NCBI GenBank assembly: GCA_951406725.2
Contig: OX597814.1
Location: 224,750,001 to 224,814,000, forward strand
Direction of reading: 5' to 3'
Source of the DNA: Octopus vulgaris
Lineage: Eukaryota
Length of the DNA: 64,000 bases
Of this stretch, positions 36,589 to 50,704 are shown piece by piece. A program made the position numbers and the translations under genes. Each line of letters starts with the position of its first letter. Position 1 is the stretch's first letter. The notes beneath the pieces were generated by a model. That model made no database searches. It saw only the letters and a list, made by a program, of their open reading frames with translations, and was not told the DNA's origin.

Positions 36589-39500
36589 CATCATCAATTA
36601 ATTGATAAATTAAATTAATGTATTTGTATATATAATTATTTAGTATAATGAAAACATCTTATTTGCAATATGTAATTAATATTAAATTACTAATATAACG
36701 ATGTATTTTACAGTAACAACAAGAATATTCACTAAAAGGATTCAAAATACTGAATTAATCCACTAAAAAATCACGCACATAATACATAAGCATTTGAATT
36801 AATTTCTTTACAATCCAGCTGTCCTTTCACGTGGAATTTCGTCCATCTTTAAACTTTATATATAAGATGAGACTTATATAAGTGAATTGAATTGTTTATA
36901 TATATAAAATAACATGTAAGTTGAAACAAATTGTTGGCTATTTTAGTCTTTTAATGACTTTTTAATGCTATATTATGTTATATTATATTCATAGTATATC
37001 ATGTTATATCATAATATAAATAAATTATTGGATTGTCAATAGTATCTCTCTATTTAATTTATTGTTTATATATATACTGCAGCGTGGAATCTAACGGTTT
37101 TCGTGTGTTTCTATATAGCTTATAACCACCTTCTACACTGCAATTGTTTTCGTTCCAGCACACGATCTCAGATCAAGTCACTTGCTATACAAGTACATCT
37201 CCGTAATATATATATATATATATATAAAGGTGGTTATAAGCTATATAGAAACACACGAAAACCGTTAGGTTATAAACACCTTCCACGCTGCAGTATATAT
37301 ATATATATATATATATACTCAAACTCAGAAATTTAGGCGAAAATATTCTATTTGTAATCTTTCTTTTATTTGCTTCAGTCATTGAATTGCAGCTATGCTG
37401 GAGCACCGCCTTTAAAGGTCCAGTTGAACAAATCGACCCCCGTACTTATTTTGAAGCCAGGTACTTTTCTACCGCTTTCTTTTGCCGAATCTGTGTGAAT
37501 TGACCATCATCAGTGGTCAAGCGCAGCTGAGAGACAAATGCAACGCACAATTAGGCACACATGCAAAGTCAAGTCCGAGTTTCTGCAAATGGTCCGTTAT
37601 TATATGAAATACTCATTACGCATAGTAGAGAGTATTCATTTATTTGAAATCTAAGCTTCATTTCGTCGGTGCTTGCAGTTTTTAGAAGAACGGAGTAAAA
37701 AAACTCGGAGTAACAATTGAGCGAAACCACAGTTTCGAATGAATGACTACACACACGCGTGCGCGTATATATAGATGCATACATACACAAACACACATAT
37801 GGATACTGAATACTTATTTCTTTACTACCCACAAGGGGCTAAACACAGAGAGGACAAACAAGGACACACAAACGGATTAAGTCGATTATATCGACCCTAG
37901 TGCGTAACAGGTACTTATTTAATCGACCCCCGAAAGGATGGAAGGCAAAATCGACTTCGGCTAAATTTGAACTCAAAACGCAGCGGCGGCCGAAATACCA
38001 CAAAGCATTTCGCCCGGCGTGCTAACGTTTCTTCCGGCTCGCCGCCTTTGGATACTGAATACTAAAGGAATTATTGTAGGCATTAGTAAGAATAAAGACT
38101 AGTAAATATAATTGTTCGAATTTGCAATTGTAGTCGATAAATTATAATGTTTTTAGGTAAGGTTATGATTTAACATCCAGCGAGCCTCAAATGAGGTTTC
38201 TATACAATGGTTCGACCTACTAGAAATAGCCGCCTAATCTCTTTCATATCACACCCTACCTTCTTATAAAAGGAAATTTGATAAGAATGACCAAACAAAA
38301 ACGACATGATCACAGCTGTCATAACTTTGATTTAAGTTAATTTGATCAAGGCTGACCTGGGGCTATATAACAGCAACATCAACAAGAATAAGAATTATGG
38401 TAACATGAACAGCATGAGACATATGAGTATTGATATTTCATCAATTTAAAATATATGACACCCAATGCAACTATGAAATAAATCAAGAGAAATCGACTTT
38501 TCTTACACTTCCTGCAGTTAGGTTTGTTAATGAAAACAAAAAGAAAAACACGTGGAGATGGTCTGATTGGAGGTGACAGGACGCATTGTTAGATAAAGTT
38601 GTTTGGACTACCTCAAGTTTTAACTATGATTTATTGTCTCTCATGGTGGCTTTGCCTATTTTCTTGTAAATTATTTATTTGACGTATTTCTTTAGTATCT
38701 ATTTTGATTTCTTTTCTCTCCCACTGAACGCTATGGAATAAATCAAGTCTGCAATCTGGTTTCAGTTCCAGGTGGAACCAATTCGCTAAACATATATTAT
38801 TAAACTCCCATCTCGAATTTTGCAACTTTAATTAGCAAAATCAGTTAACAACATAAATTACCGAAATCGATTAATTTGATCAAAACCATTTCCCACCATT
38901 TTCCACAACGGCATGAAACAAAACATGCCTGCATTTCAAAAGCTATTGTAAACATACGCATAAGAAAACCATTTCCGAAATTAGACACCACAAAGGACAC
39001 AAAACGTACTGCCATACCAATGGGTCTCACAAACAACATCTGAAAAATAATGAAAACCTCTGTAAAATTCTCTTATTTCATCATCCTAAGTCATTCTCAT
39101 TTTTTCAGTGACCAATAGTATTGTTTCCAGAAATTCATATTTGTCTGTATGTCACTCACCAGTGGTCCCTTGCTCTTAATATTCCTTCGTAAACAGAAGG
39201 CGGCGATCTGGCAGAATCATTAGCACACCGGGTAAAATGCTTAGCGGCGTTTCGTCTGTCTTTATGTTATGAGTTCATATTCTACTGAGGTCGGCTTTGC
39301 ATTTCATCCTTTCGGGGCCGATAGAATCAGTACCAGTTGAGCACTGGGGTCAATGTGATCGACTTCAAATAAGTACCTGTTGAGCACTGGGGTCGATGTA
39401 ATCGACTTACCTCCTTTTTCGAACTTGTACCAAAATTTGAAAATATTCTTTCTTCGTAAACAGATGGCGACGATCTGGTAGAATCGTCAGCACGCCGGGT

Positions 39501-39667
39501 AAAATGCTACGTTCTGCGTTCATATTCCGTCGAGGTTGACTTTGCATTTCATCTTTTCGCGGTCGATGAAATAAGTACCATCTGAGTACTGGGTCGACTT
39601 AATTCTTACCCCGAAATTGCTGGCCTTGAGCCAAAATTTGAAATCAATAATTTTTTGTAAACTTCGC

Positions 39668-40370
39668 TCTAGCGCTTGACATAAGCAAAGTCTTCGATCT
39701 TGACTTTTATGGCAATCTCTTAGCTAAGTTATTCATTTATGGTACCATCGATTTCTTGAATCGCAGCTTCCTGTCAGACCACAACATTGCATAAAAGCTC
39801 TGAAAAGGCTCCTTCTGATGTATGCTCTGTCATCTCACATCTACACCAAGTTGTACTTTTATCATTGCGCTTTTGTAATTACTTGCTGTTATTTTAACAC
39901 TCGTTTTCAGTTGATATCTCCCCTCAGTCCTCTTTAACTTTCCATACCCAACTATCATCCATGCACAACCTAAGTATCTCACCCCTGAAGTACATTGAAT
40001 CCATGAGCAGGGATCTTAAGAGTGTCCACGATTGGTATATGAAATCCTAGCATGTTTCAACAGCACAGATACACAGTCATCACACATCAGTAAACGGAGT
40101 TGTACTTTACACATCGTAGTGATAGAAAACAGACATCTAAACACCCCCTTGTCCCATAAATGATAGATACCGCAGTGTCTAAGGATCTCACATGGCAACT
40201 TCATATTTCGAATTTAGGTAGAGTGAGTGTATGTGGATTTGGTTAATGAAGACTGCTGTGATTATTGCGATTGCAGTAGATTGTCCAGAGGAAAGAAACC
40301 AGATGTCAGTAAGTGGTCTGTTGTGTGCTTCAAGCGTTTTGTTAGCGATTCTCTGTCGACCGAATTTCCT
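39668..40370. pseudogene. Heavily decayed CR1-like LINE fragments
   Basis: ALDISKVFD on + at ~39672, and a minus-strand RQRIANKTLEA…CHLWD-like thumb remnant at 40150-40370. Confidence 0.4.
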
Positions 40371-40501
40371 TAGGCTGTAGTCTATGTTTGTGTATATGTT
40401 TGTGTGTGTGAGAGAGAGTATGTGTGTGTGTATGAGAGAGAGAGAGTATGTATGTGTGTGTGTGAGAGAGAGAAGGGGTGTGTATGTGTGTGTGAGCGTG
40501 A

Positions 40502-40542
<41 letters not shown>

Positions 40543-40888
40543 GTAGCCTTTCGAATACGTGAGCAAGAGCAATACTCTGGCATGGATCTTTCTTGATCTT
40601 TGTAGATGATCAGTAACTGGTTAGGGGTAAAGTTTTTTTCTATGGCCCCTGAAGAGGAAATTTACGGATCGGCAAAAGGGGTCAAGACAAAATGTACCAG
40701 ACTTATAAAAAAAAAATATGGGGGCCATTTCTTTGAGGAAACCCTTCAAAACGGGGCTCCAGCATGTCTGCAGTCCAATGACCGAAATAGCTGAAAGATA
40801 AAAGCAAGATAAGATATTTCTCTGTGGAAAATAATGAAGACCATTTCTAAATGGATAATAATCTATTAACAAAAAAATACTGACATAC

Positions 40889-40995
40889 TTGCATCGTTCT
40901 AGAATCGTACAACCTTACGGCGAAGTCTGCTCCACCGGTAGCGAATACTTGGCCATCCAAGCAGAAGTCGACTGCATTAATTTGGTTGTTTTTCT
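40889..40995 (-). CDS. WD40-repeat protein, exon 4
   Basis: Acceptor tttcag|, donor CAA|gtatgt, 107 nt, phase 1 to 0. Encodes EKNNQINAVDFCLDGQVFATGGADFAVRLYDSRTMQ, a canonical WD40 repeat. Not in the ORF track. Confidence 0.9.
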
Positions 40996-41763
40996 CTGAA
41001 ATATATATTAAAAGAGAAAAAGAATAAGATAATAAAAAAATTGATGTCAGACGAAATAAATTTTTTTCTATGCGCCATGTATTGAGAGGAAATGAATGGA
41101 GAGTGAGTGAATTAGTTGTAAAATTTTCGCTAGAGTGAAGCGTTCTATAAAACCATTATTTCTAAAAGGCGATGAACAAGCTGAATCAATTATCTCGAAG
41201 CATTCCATTGCCAATGATTAAAGTATAGAAATATTGAATCTAATTCAAAGAACATTGTTCTACACACTTCACCCTCATTGATTTATGTATACTGTCCCAT
41301 ACTGTACACACACACACACATACATACAGTGGAGAAACATGGTCTAGTGGTTAGGTTGTTGGATTCATGATCGTAAGATTGTGGCTTCGATTCCTGGAGC
41401 GGGCGATGCATTGTGTCCTTAAGCAAAGCACTTCATTTCACATTGTTCCAGTCCATTCATCTGGAAAAATGAGTACTCCAGCGACGGACCGGTGTTCCGT
41501 CCAGGTGATGGGAGTATATACACCACAAAAACCACCGAAAATTCGACTCTATTAATCGAAGTGTACAGTATTACGGCCCATCTTACTAATGGGTTTCACA
41601 CTAGAGGTTCAAAGGAGTGTTAGGCAACAATCCGGTTATTCAAGCCTGCGTTCTTCAGAGGTATCCGTTATGGAACATGTGTATGTATGTATGTATGTAT
41701 GTATGTATGTATGTATGTATGTATGTATGTATGCATGTATGTATGTATGTATGTATGTATGTA

Positions 41764-41862
<99 letters not shown>

Positions 41863-42762
41863 CATATTAATGTCTTTGTGTATAACTTTTCAAGTATTTA
41901 TATCTGAGCTGCCACAAAAATAAATGGCCTTTCTCTACTAATTTGGAAATAGTTGATATCCATCCAGGTCTATTAATTGGGAAAATGCTGTTATGATACT
42001 TTACGTTTATTTCGATCCTTAATTTTTGCTTTTTACTCAGGAGAGAAAGCAGTGTCTACGCCATTCATAGGGCCTCCGAGGCCAATGGAAGAGAGGTTGT
42101 TAGCTACAAACTTGAGACCTTGTTGTAATGTTTGCAACAGAGAAGACTTCGCTAAAGGCATCTAAGGTGCGTGTCTTAGTAGTATGAATGCGGACGACGG
42201 ATTATTCTCTCATCTAAGTAGGCCTCGGCGGGATTTGAACTCAAAATGCAAAGAACCAGAACAAATACCGCAGGGGCAACCGATCCGACATTATTATAGT
42301 TCTGCCAATCCACCGTTCTAGAAGAGTAATTTGTGTTTTCGATCTTAAAAGGATAAAAACTAAATAGAGCTCGGTGGGATTTGAACTCAAAACATCCAGT
42401 ATCGAAGCAAATAACACATGTTACTCTAATATGACGTACTAATTACTCTTTCATTTCGCCACATATTTGTATCTTTGTAATGGAAGTCAAATAGAGCCTG
42501 TCCTTTTCATGATCTTTGTATATCGAAAATATTTTTCAGCGATTTTTAAGAGAGAAAAAAAAAGAGGGTTGATTTTACTCATAAACCTTGTGTATAGTGC
42601 TATTGATTGGGATTATTTTGTGTGCGGTTCTTTACAGTTGATCTCGAGAGCCATTTGGATCTACACTACTTTTACCCTGACGATTCCGTTTCTAACCTGA
42701 CAATCTTGATAGAGATACTTAATGTTTTGAATGTTGCATAGTAGTCCCAGAATACTGAGGTG

Positions 42763-42924
42763 CAGTCAAACATCGATTATTTGGACATGAATTTTTCGAA
42801 TTTCGGTTTATCCGAACTATATCACATGGCCAAGTAATTATCTTCAGGATAGCTTGCCTTGTTTGCAACCAAATCAATTATCCGAACAAAATACTCGTTC
42901 GTTCGGATAATCGATGTCTAACGG
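42763..42924. mobile_element. Decayed pogo/Tigger-like MITE
   Basis: Imperfect TIRs cagtcaaacatcgattatttggac / gttcggataatcgatgtctaacgg. Confidence 0.5.
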
Positions 42925-43209
42925 TATTGTCTGATAACTAGCAGATGTGAAATATGAAGAATACACTTGTGATTACATTTGGAAACAGAATTTGTGTCGC
43001 AATAGAATATTAGACCTGCATTCCTATTTCATGGAACTGATAATATAGTAGGCTGTCAAATTCGTTCGTTTTTCTTTTCCATTTATTTTAATCCTTATTT
43101 TTCATAAACAATTTTAACAAATCAGTCAATAATATTCTCTGGTTCATTTTTCACGATTTCATACCAACATTCCACTAGCGAGTCAATACCTTGATTCATT
43201 TGTTAAAAT

Positions 43210-43415
43210 TGGTTTCAAATTTTGGCTCAAGGCCAGAAAGTTCGGGGGAGGAGTTAGTCGATTATATCGACTCAACTGGTACTTATTTTATCGATCCTGA
43301 AAGGATGAAAGGCAAAGTGAATCTCTGCGGAATTTGAACTCAGACCGTAAAAACGGGTGAAATGCCGCTAAGCATTTTGCCCCGCGTGATAACGATCCTG
43401 CCAGCTCGCCGCCTA
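43210..43415 (-). mobile_element. SINE family B (minus-strand copy)
   Basis: Reverse complement of the family B core. Other minus copies at ~31945-32160, 35265-35515, 37820-38047, 51900-52100 and 54660-54870. Confidence 0.8.
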
Positions 43416-43631
43416 TTATTTGTTAAAAATGTTGATGAAAAATAAGAATTAAAATAAATTTAAAAGCGAACGAACAGAAACAATTCATATGACAACTCGG
43501 TAGGTCCACCGAAATAGCCTCTACGCGGTGGCGTGATCTACTAAAAGTAGCAACCAAATTTCGATTTGGGATTGAACAAAAACGAGAACGACATATACAT
43601 TTATCATAAATACAAGCATCGAGAAACCGAC

Positions 43632-43812
43632 CTTCAATAGATTCCACTAAAATTCCTTCTTCAGTTTCCGCTGTTATCACCTGACCGTCAGCTGTAGTGG
43701 CCAGGATTGACGTGTCGTTCTCCGGATTGAATCGAAGGCACATAACAGCATCGCTAGAGAGTCGCGAATTACGCAGTTGATTGAGTAAACGACCTGTTTC
43801 AGTAGAATAAAG
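43632..43812 (-). CDS. WD40-repeat protein, exon 3
   Basis: Acceptor tttcag|, donor G|gtcggt, 181 nt, phase 0 to 1. Encodes LYSTETGRLLNQLRNSRLSSDAVMCLRFNPENDTSILATTADGQVITAETEEGILVESIE. Confidence 0.85.
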
Positions 43813-44279
43813 CTGAAAGTAAACAACCGTTATGAAGTATGTTAATAAAGCTTAAAGAAATGGTTGTTCTACTACAAAATGACATCAAACTGAAATTACG
43901 TTCTTTTTATATATTTTAATTTCATTATTTATTATTATTGTTTTTTTAGCAATTCATCTTCACTAAATTCCAGTGTTATCTTTACAAGACACAACATTTT
44001 CGGTTTATTACAACGCAAAAAGCCTATTTATGTATCGAATGAATATAATCGGTTTATTCAACTTCTCAAATAGCGGTAGTTAATTTTTTCGCTTTTTCAT
44101 TTTTTTCTCTGGTTTTGAAAGACGTAGAAGTTCGCTTCGCCACCGTGTGATTGGGGTTCAGCCCCTGAGCACGGCACCTTGAGGCAAGTTGTTTTCCAAC
44201 ATTATTCTCTGGTCGGTCAATGCCGTGTGAGCAAAATTCTGTAGCCAGAAACTGTTAAGAAGCGCACTGTACATAGATG

Positions 44280-44312
<33 letters not shown>

Positions 44313-44314
<2 letters not shown>

Positions 44315-44522
44315 GAGGGGTGCTGAAAAGTTCCTGGCTTGAAGGATATCGCAAATACTTGGTTGGAGGCCCAAACTTCCGAGGTCTATTACAGGGCTTA
44401 GAAAGCCTGAAGGACCACAGCAATAAGTGTGGGAATCTGAGAGGGGAATATGTTGGATAAAATCACGAGTAACTGATCATCTTGTATTTCCTTTTCTCCA
44501 AAGCCAGGAACCTTGCAGCATT

Positions 44523-44526
<4 letters not shown>
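44313..44526. mobile_element. Mariner-type MITE
   Basis: Imperfect TIRs gaggggtgctgaaaagttcctggctt / aagccaggaaccttgcagcattctt. Confidence 0.65.
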
Positions 44527-44603
<77 letters not shown>

Positions 44604-44687
44604 TTAGAGACAAAACCACTATTTTGCAAAACAAACAAGGAAAGACTTAATCAATACATAAAATTTTAATAAAAAGTAAAAAAACCG

Positions 44688-44728
44688 CCACTACAATTGT
44701 TTCATGTCTAATGACAATCTTCAGGTGG
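44688..44728 (-). ncRNA. Minimal type I hammerhead ribozyme (mirror copy)
   Basis: Reverse complement of 46422-46462. Confidence 0.82.
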
Positions 44729-46421
44729 ATTTCCGATCTAAAATATCAATATATTAAAATATAAGTTTAAAATAATTTTAAAATAATAAAAAATATAAAT
44801 ATATAATCTATACATAACCTATATATAATCCATATATAATCAATATATAATCTAAAATAAACCCTATCAACAATTAAATATAAAACAAAATAAAAATAAA
44901 CTATATATACACACATACGCATACACTTATAACTAAGTATATATAACCATATCTAAATACATACACTAACTCACACACCTATATATATATCCCTATACAT
45001 ACACATAAAAACGTCTAGGCAACGATAAATAAATAAAATAGCCAAATACTTCAACACATTACTTATTCATACTCCCTCACACACACACATACATAAACAA
45101 TATACATATACCCGCTCACACATACATATACATACATACAGAACTCGATATATACTCCAATGTATTCACACCCACATCTATACAGATAAATAAATTACGC
45201 AAACAATCACACACACACACACATTCACATATACATAAACACTCAAAAGAAAAATAAACAATTCTTTACACGTGGTGATCGAACGTATTTTTAAAAATTA
45301 TGAATGGAATAATATATAATCAACGTAAATTTAATCCAAATCATCAATAAACCATCATGATAAATGAAACCCATATAAACATCTAATGATAAAACTCCCT
45401 TTAACCATACACAATAATACCTATATAGCAATCTCCATATATACATTCACACACAAATACACATACGTAAAACACACACACACAACATATACTTATACCC
45501 CCCACATATACATATACATACGTACTAAACTCGATATATACAACAATATGTTCACACCCACGCTCATACAGATAAATAAATTACACAACCAAAATACGCA
45601 CACACACATACATTCACACATACATAAACACTCAAAATAAAAACAACATTACTACACATAATACGATATAGAAAATACTCCATAATTAACCAGAATATCA
45701 TAAGTATCAAGATTAACATAAGGAGAAAAAAATATATACATACTTTCAAATCAGTTTCAATTTATGAAGTGAAATTAAACTCTAGCCGTTATAACGTCAA
45801 ACAAAAGTACGTTACCATAGGAACCTAACATATGTATAAAAAGTCCTCTCGCTATGTAAACGAACGTCACTTAAAATTATGAATGGAATATATGGAATTA
45901 AAAATCCTTTGCGCGTGGTAAACGAACATTACTTAAAAATTATGAATGGAATAATGTAATAAAATATCAAACATCTTAAATATTAAGTATTTGGAGTATA
46001 TATCGAGTTCTGTATGTATGTATATGTATGTGTGAGCGGGTATATGTATATTGTTTATGTATGTGTGTGTGAGGGAGTATGAATAAGTAATGTGTTGAAG
46101 TATTTGGCTATTTTATTTATTTATCGTTGCCTAGACGTTTTTATGTGTATGTATAGGGATATATATATAGGTGTGTGAGTTAGTGTATGTATTTAGATAT
46201 GGTTATATATACTTAGTTATAAGTGTATGCGTATGTGTGTATATATAATTTATTTTTTATTTTGTTTTATATTTAATTGTTGATAGGGTTTATTTTAGAT
46301 TATATATTGATTATATATGGATTATATATAGGTTATGTATAGATTATATATTTATATTTTTTATTATTTTAAAATTATTTTAAACTTATATTTTAATATA
46401 TTGATATTTTAGATCGGAAAT

Positions 46422-46462
46422 CCACCTGAAGATTGTCATTAGACATGAAACAATTGTAGTGG
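46422..46462 (+). ncRNA. Minimal type I hammerhead ribozyme
   Basis: ccac-CTGAAGA-t tgtc atta gaca t-GAAAC-aatt-GTA-gtgg. Stem III is the palindrome ACAATTGT. Confidence 0.82.
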
Positions 46463-46665
46463 CGGTTTTTTTACTTTTTATTAAAATTTTATGTATTGAT
46501 TAAGTCTTTCCTTGTTTGTTTTGCAAAATAGTGGTTTTGTCTCTAATTAATATTATATAATATTTTACTATAAAATTGGATTTAATCCTAAATCTGATTT
46601 TTTCCCTGTAAATTTGGATTTATTCCCTAATATTTATTATTATATATATATATATATATATAATG

Positions 46666-46772
<107 letters not shown>

Positions 46773-47194
46773 GTCTAAAAATGTCGAAATGTTATGTCTG
46801 GGAACTCCATTCTTATCTCCGACGTGGTTTGACAATATTCATAGCGCAAGACAGTCTAGCGTGCAGAAACCAGAAGCCGAATATAAAACAGGAACATAGA
46901 AAAGGCAGGCCGTCTTTATACTTCTTATAAAGTATAAGTGCTTCAGAAGACCAGCAAAAAATGAATTACGTAAGCTTAATTGCCCAGTTCTGCGACATAT
47001 GCAGTTTGTTCCCTACATTAGCATTATTGGCAAAAGTATTTTTGCTAATAATGGCGATAGAGAGGGTCAGCTGCAAATATCTCTTAATTGGGAATTTAAG
47101 CTGGATTAATTCTCGTTTTTCCGTTCTTCTAAAACAAGTTTACATTATATAAAACTAAAAATACTGACTTGCATTTTCTGGGTTCCATACACAC

Positions 47195-47273
<79 letters not shown>

Positions 47274-47824
47274 TATATATATATATATATATATGCATAT
47301 CCATATGTATATATGTGTGCCTGTATATGCGTATGCTTACGCTTATACTCCGCAGTGATAAGTACTCTATGTTTTTGCGGCTTAATGTAGCAGATCGATA
47401 GCTAGATTTTGATAAAATAAATACCAAAATTCGGAATAAGTATTGAGATTACTATAATTGACTAAACCTTTAAAAGCTGTGCTCCAGCATGGACGCAATC
47501 CAATCACTGAATTTTAGACAAGCTGAGTGAAACAGCGTGGATTATGAATGTGCGTATGCTGTATATGGAACTACAGTTTAACGGAGAGGAAAACCTTGTG
47601 GATACGACTGTCTCCATATTTGTATTTAATTATATATATAGATAGATAGATATAGATACATATATATATAGATAGATAGATATAGATACATATATATATA
47701 TAGATAGATAGATATAGATACATATATATATAGATAGATAGATATAGATACATATATATATATATGTATGTACATGTATACATGTATATCTATCTACACA
47801 CACATATACATATATATATATACA

Positions 47825-47870
<46 letters not shown>

Positions 47871-47900
47871 CATATATATATATATGTACATTCATATATG

Positions 47901-47956
<56 letters not shown>

Positions 47957-48403
47957 TAAATTTGTGTACATACACACACGCACACATACATATTGGCATC
48001 AAGTCCGGTGCTTTAATCTCTCGGCAATTTCATTTCGCCATTAACACTCAGCCAGCTTTCTAAGTTTCTTATTCCAGAAAGTTAGGTTCATGAACCTTGC
48101 ACTCAGTACAAGTAAATAACAGTAATATTTAATTATTTAGAATTTGACTGTTTTTGAATACTTTTATGAATACACACGCGCGCGCTTTATAGTCATTACA
48201 CTTTTCAAATGCGCAACATTTACTATTGCATATATATGTATTAGCTTTTCAGCTTTAACTAATTGGTACTAAAGAATATACAGTGTTAACGAAGTTTTGC
48301 ATCATCCACTCACAAATCCTATTGTTACTCCAGAAGACGTTTAAGATAGGAAAAATCACTTTTAAAAAACCCCAATTATTTACTGGTAGAATTCGGTATA
48401 AAT

Positions 48404-48450
<47 letters not shown>

Positions 48451-48454
<4 letters not shown>

Positions 48455-49145
48455 CAAGTAAGTTAGGGGTTATGGATCCAACCCACTAAGGGATAATATT
48501 TATCCAATATGCTGTTGGTATAATACCCAAATTCTTAATACACAAGTGTTTTCAATTGCAATGCAATTAACTTATTTATTGTATTAAATGGGTGAAAGTA
48601 ACGAAATATTTTACCATTAATTTATAATACAAATAAGGAAATGGAGAAACAATTTGTTGGTTCATCAGCTTTCGGATATTAGAATGTTGACTGATTTATT
48701 CATTTAACAAACATGTGAACCATAATAGCATAAATATATACATTATAATTTGATACATATAAGATAAGAATACAATTATAAAAACATAATATAAATGATT
48801 GAAATCATTAAAATCACTCCTTACAGCTGTTTCACCCTATGGATAAAGTAGTTTTTTCCAGTGCCTATAGTTGTCAATAATATTGAGGTTGGAGGCATTT
48901 AAAAATAGGGTACTTATATATAACCATAGGCCTCGTCAGAGATTATAAAGAACTTTAAAAATATTAATACATGAAACAGGATGCACGTACAATTTAATAT
49001 ATATAAAAATATGAACAAATATCCATGTACACGAACACATATACATATATACATACACAAGCAGAGTATATACACTTTTACATGTGTATGAATACATAAA
49101 TAAGCACAATTAAACAATAGGTCCAAGCAAATAGACCATTCGTCA
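48451..49145 (-). mobile_element. (TA)n-anchored Penelope-like 3' fragment
   Basis: Starts sharply after (TA)n and contains the hammerhead-like motif at 48819-48942. Right boundary approximate. Confidence 0.5.
48819..48942 (-). ncRNA. Type I hammerhead-like motif with ~80-nt loop II
   Basis: Minus strand reads tct-CTGACGA-ggcctatgg…ccatagggt-GAAAC-agct-GTA-agg, with palindromic ACAGCTGT. Stem I is weak (3 bp). Confidence 0.62.
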
Positions 49146-49216
49146 TATACATATATATACATATATACTGGATCATATACATACGTCTACGCTCATGACA
49201 ACATAAACAATAATCA

Positions 49217-49261
<45 letters not shown>

Positions 49262-49287
49262 CATTTATCATCATATCATCATCATCA

Positions 49288-49353
<66 letters not shown>

Positions 49354-49397
49354 TTATCAATAATAACAATATATTACGATTTGTTAATCTTCACGTC

Positions 49398-49479
<82 letters not shown>

Positions 49480-49823
49480 TGTATGGATTGTGGATTTAAA
49501 ATTTATAAAATTAAATCTACCGTAAAAAATTTGTTTATATTGTATCGTAATATATGATATATTGGTAGGTATGTAAGTAGGTAAAAAGATAGATAGATAG
49601 ATAGTTAGATTAAGTGGTGTGAAATGGAAGGGATTCGAGCTACGCTGTATTTGTCACGACACGGCGTGGCTCCAGACCCTTCTATCTCGCAGTACTTTTG
49701 AAAATCACATTTCAAACCTGTGGAACCGGTTACGTAAATGTAAATAAATCTTTTAAAAGACTCCAAGTAAATTTTCAATCTCTTTTCTTTATACTCCTAT
49801 TCATGTGAATAAACCTTGTTTTC

Positions 49824-49877
<54 letters not shown>

Positions 49878-50402
49878 TATTTAATCTTAGTTCAGCCCTG
49901 ATCGTATAGGCCATTGACTAAATGTATTACGACAATGTCCGTCCCGTCGCTTTGCTCACCAGGGTGTTTTAATGTAAGTGTTTATTCAGTCTGCGACTAT
50001 ATGTGTACAGTTGATTTTGGCCAAAGGTCAGCTCTCATCAAAAAGCATTCAGACCATGACATACGCGTATCTCGGTCTTTTTGTATATAAAGTACGACAT
50101 TTCCAATGTGTCCTTGCTTTTGAAAGAAAGTAGTATGTGATTGAAGAAAGATTTGTCTTCTGTTTCTTAGAGATCGAGTGACTATATTTCGTTAGTTGAA
50201 GGCTAATGGATTTACATATAATGCTCCCCATAGAAAAAAAATTTTAATTCAGTAAATATTTTAAAGATGGAAATTAGAATTCGAAAATTATAAGATAATC
50301 TTCGAAACTTATTTTAAAAGTCTTTAATTTGATAAATTTTAATATAAACAAGTTCTAAAGTTCACTCTTTTCTCTACCCTATATTTATTGTCATATATAT
50401 TA

Positions 50403-50704
50403 CTAGCAGAATCGCCCGGCGTTGCTCGGGTTTGTAAGGAAAATAACTATATAAGCATTTTTAGAGAGTTACTTCCCTTATATAATAGCAAAAAAAATGC
50501 ATTAAAAATGGGAAAAAATGATGATAATTTTTTTTTAAATCGTAGACTCGTCGTAGACACGCGCTAATACCCAGAAGGGCTCGATATGAATCACGACTAT
50601 AAGATACCCGCTTTTGGTTAAACTGCACCGCAAAATGTAGGAGTAGTTAGGAATCTAAATCGTAGGAGACAGACAGCACACAACCTCTCTTTTATATATA
50701 AAGA
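50403..50704 (-). mobile_element. Non-autonomous Helitron
   Basis: Minus strand a|TCTTTATATATAAAAG … hairpin CCCGAGCAACGCCGGG … CTAG|t. Confidence 0.82.

Larger units (their letters stand above)
44601..46640. mobile_element. Penelope-like non-coding 3' fragment with inverted arms
   Basis: Arms ~44601-45160 and ~45991-46550 nearly identical, with a hammerhead in each. The right arm has an extra ~90-bp tail. (TA)n on both sides. Confidence 0.8.

Noticed and set aside
37135-37190. Hammerhead on the minus strand (ctgagatcgt…acgaaaacaattgca)
   Set aside because: The core lacks the N of CUGANGA, the GUH is GCA and stem I does not pair.
48640-48676. Second CTGATGA on the minus strand (also CTGAAGA near 4430)
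   Set aside because: No properly placed GAAA-stem III-UH downstream.
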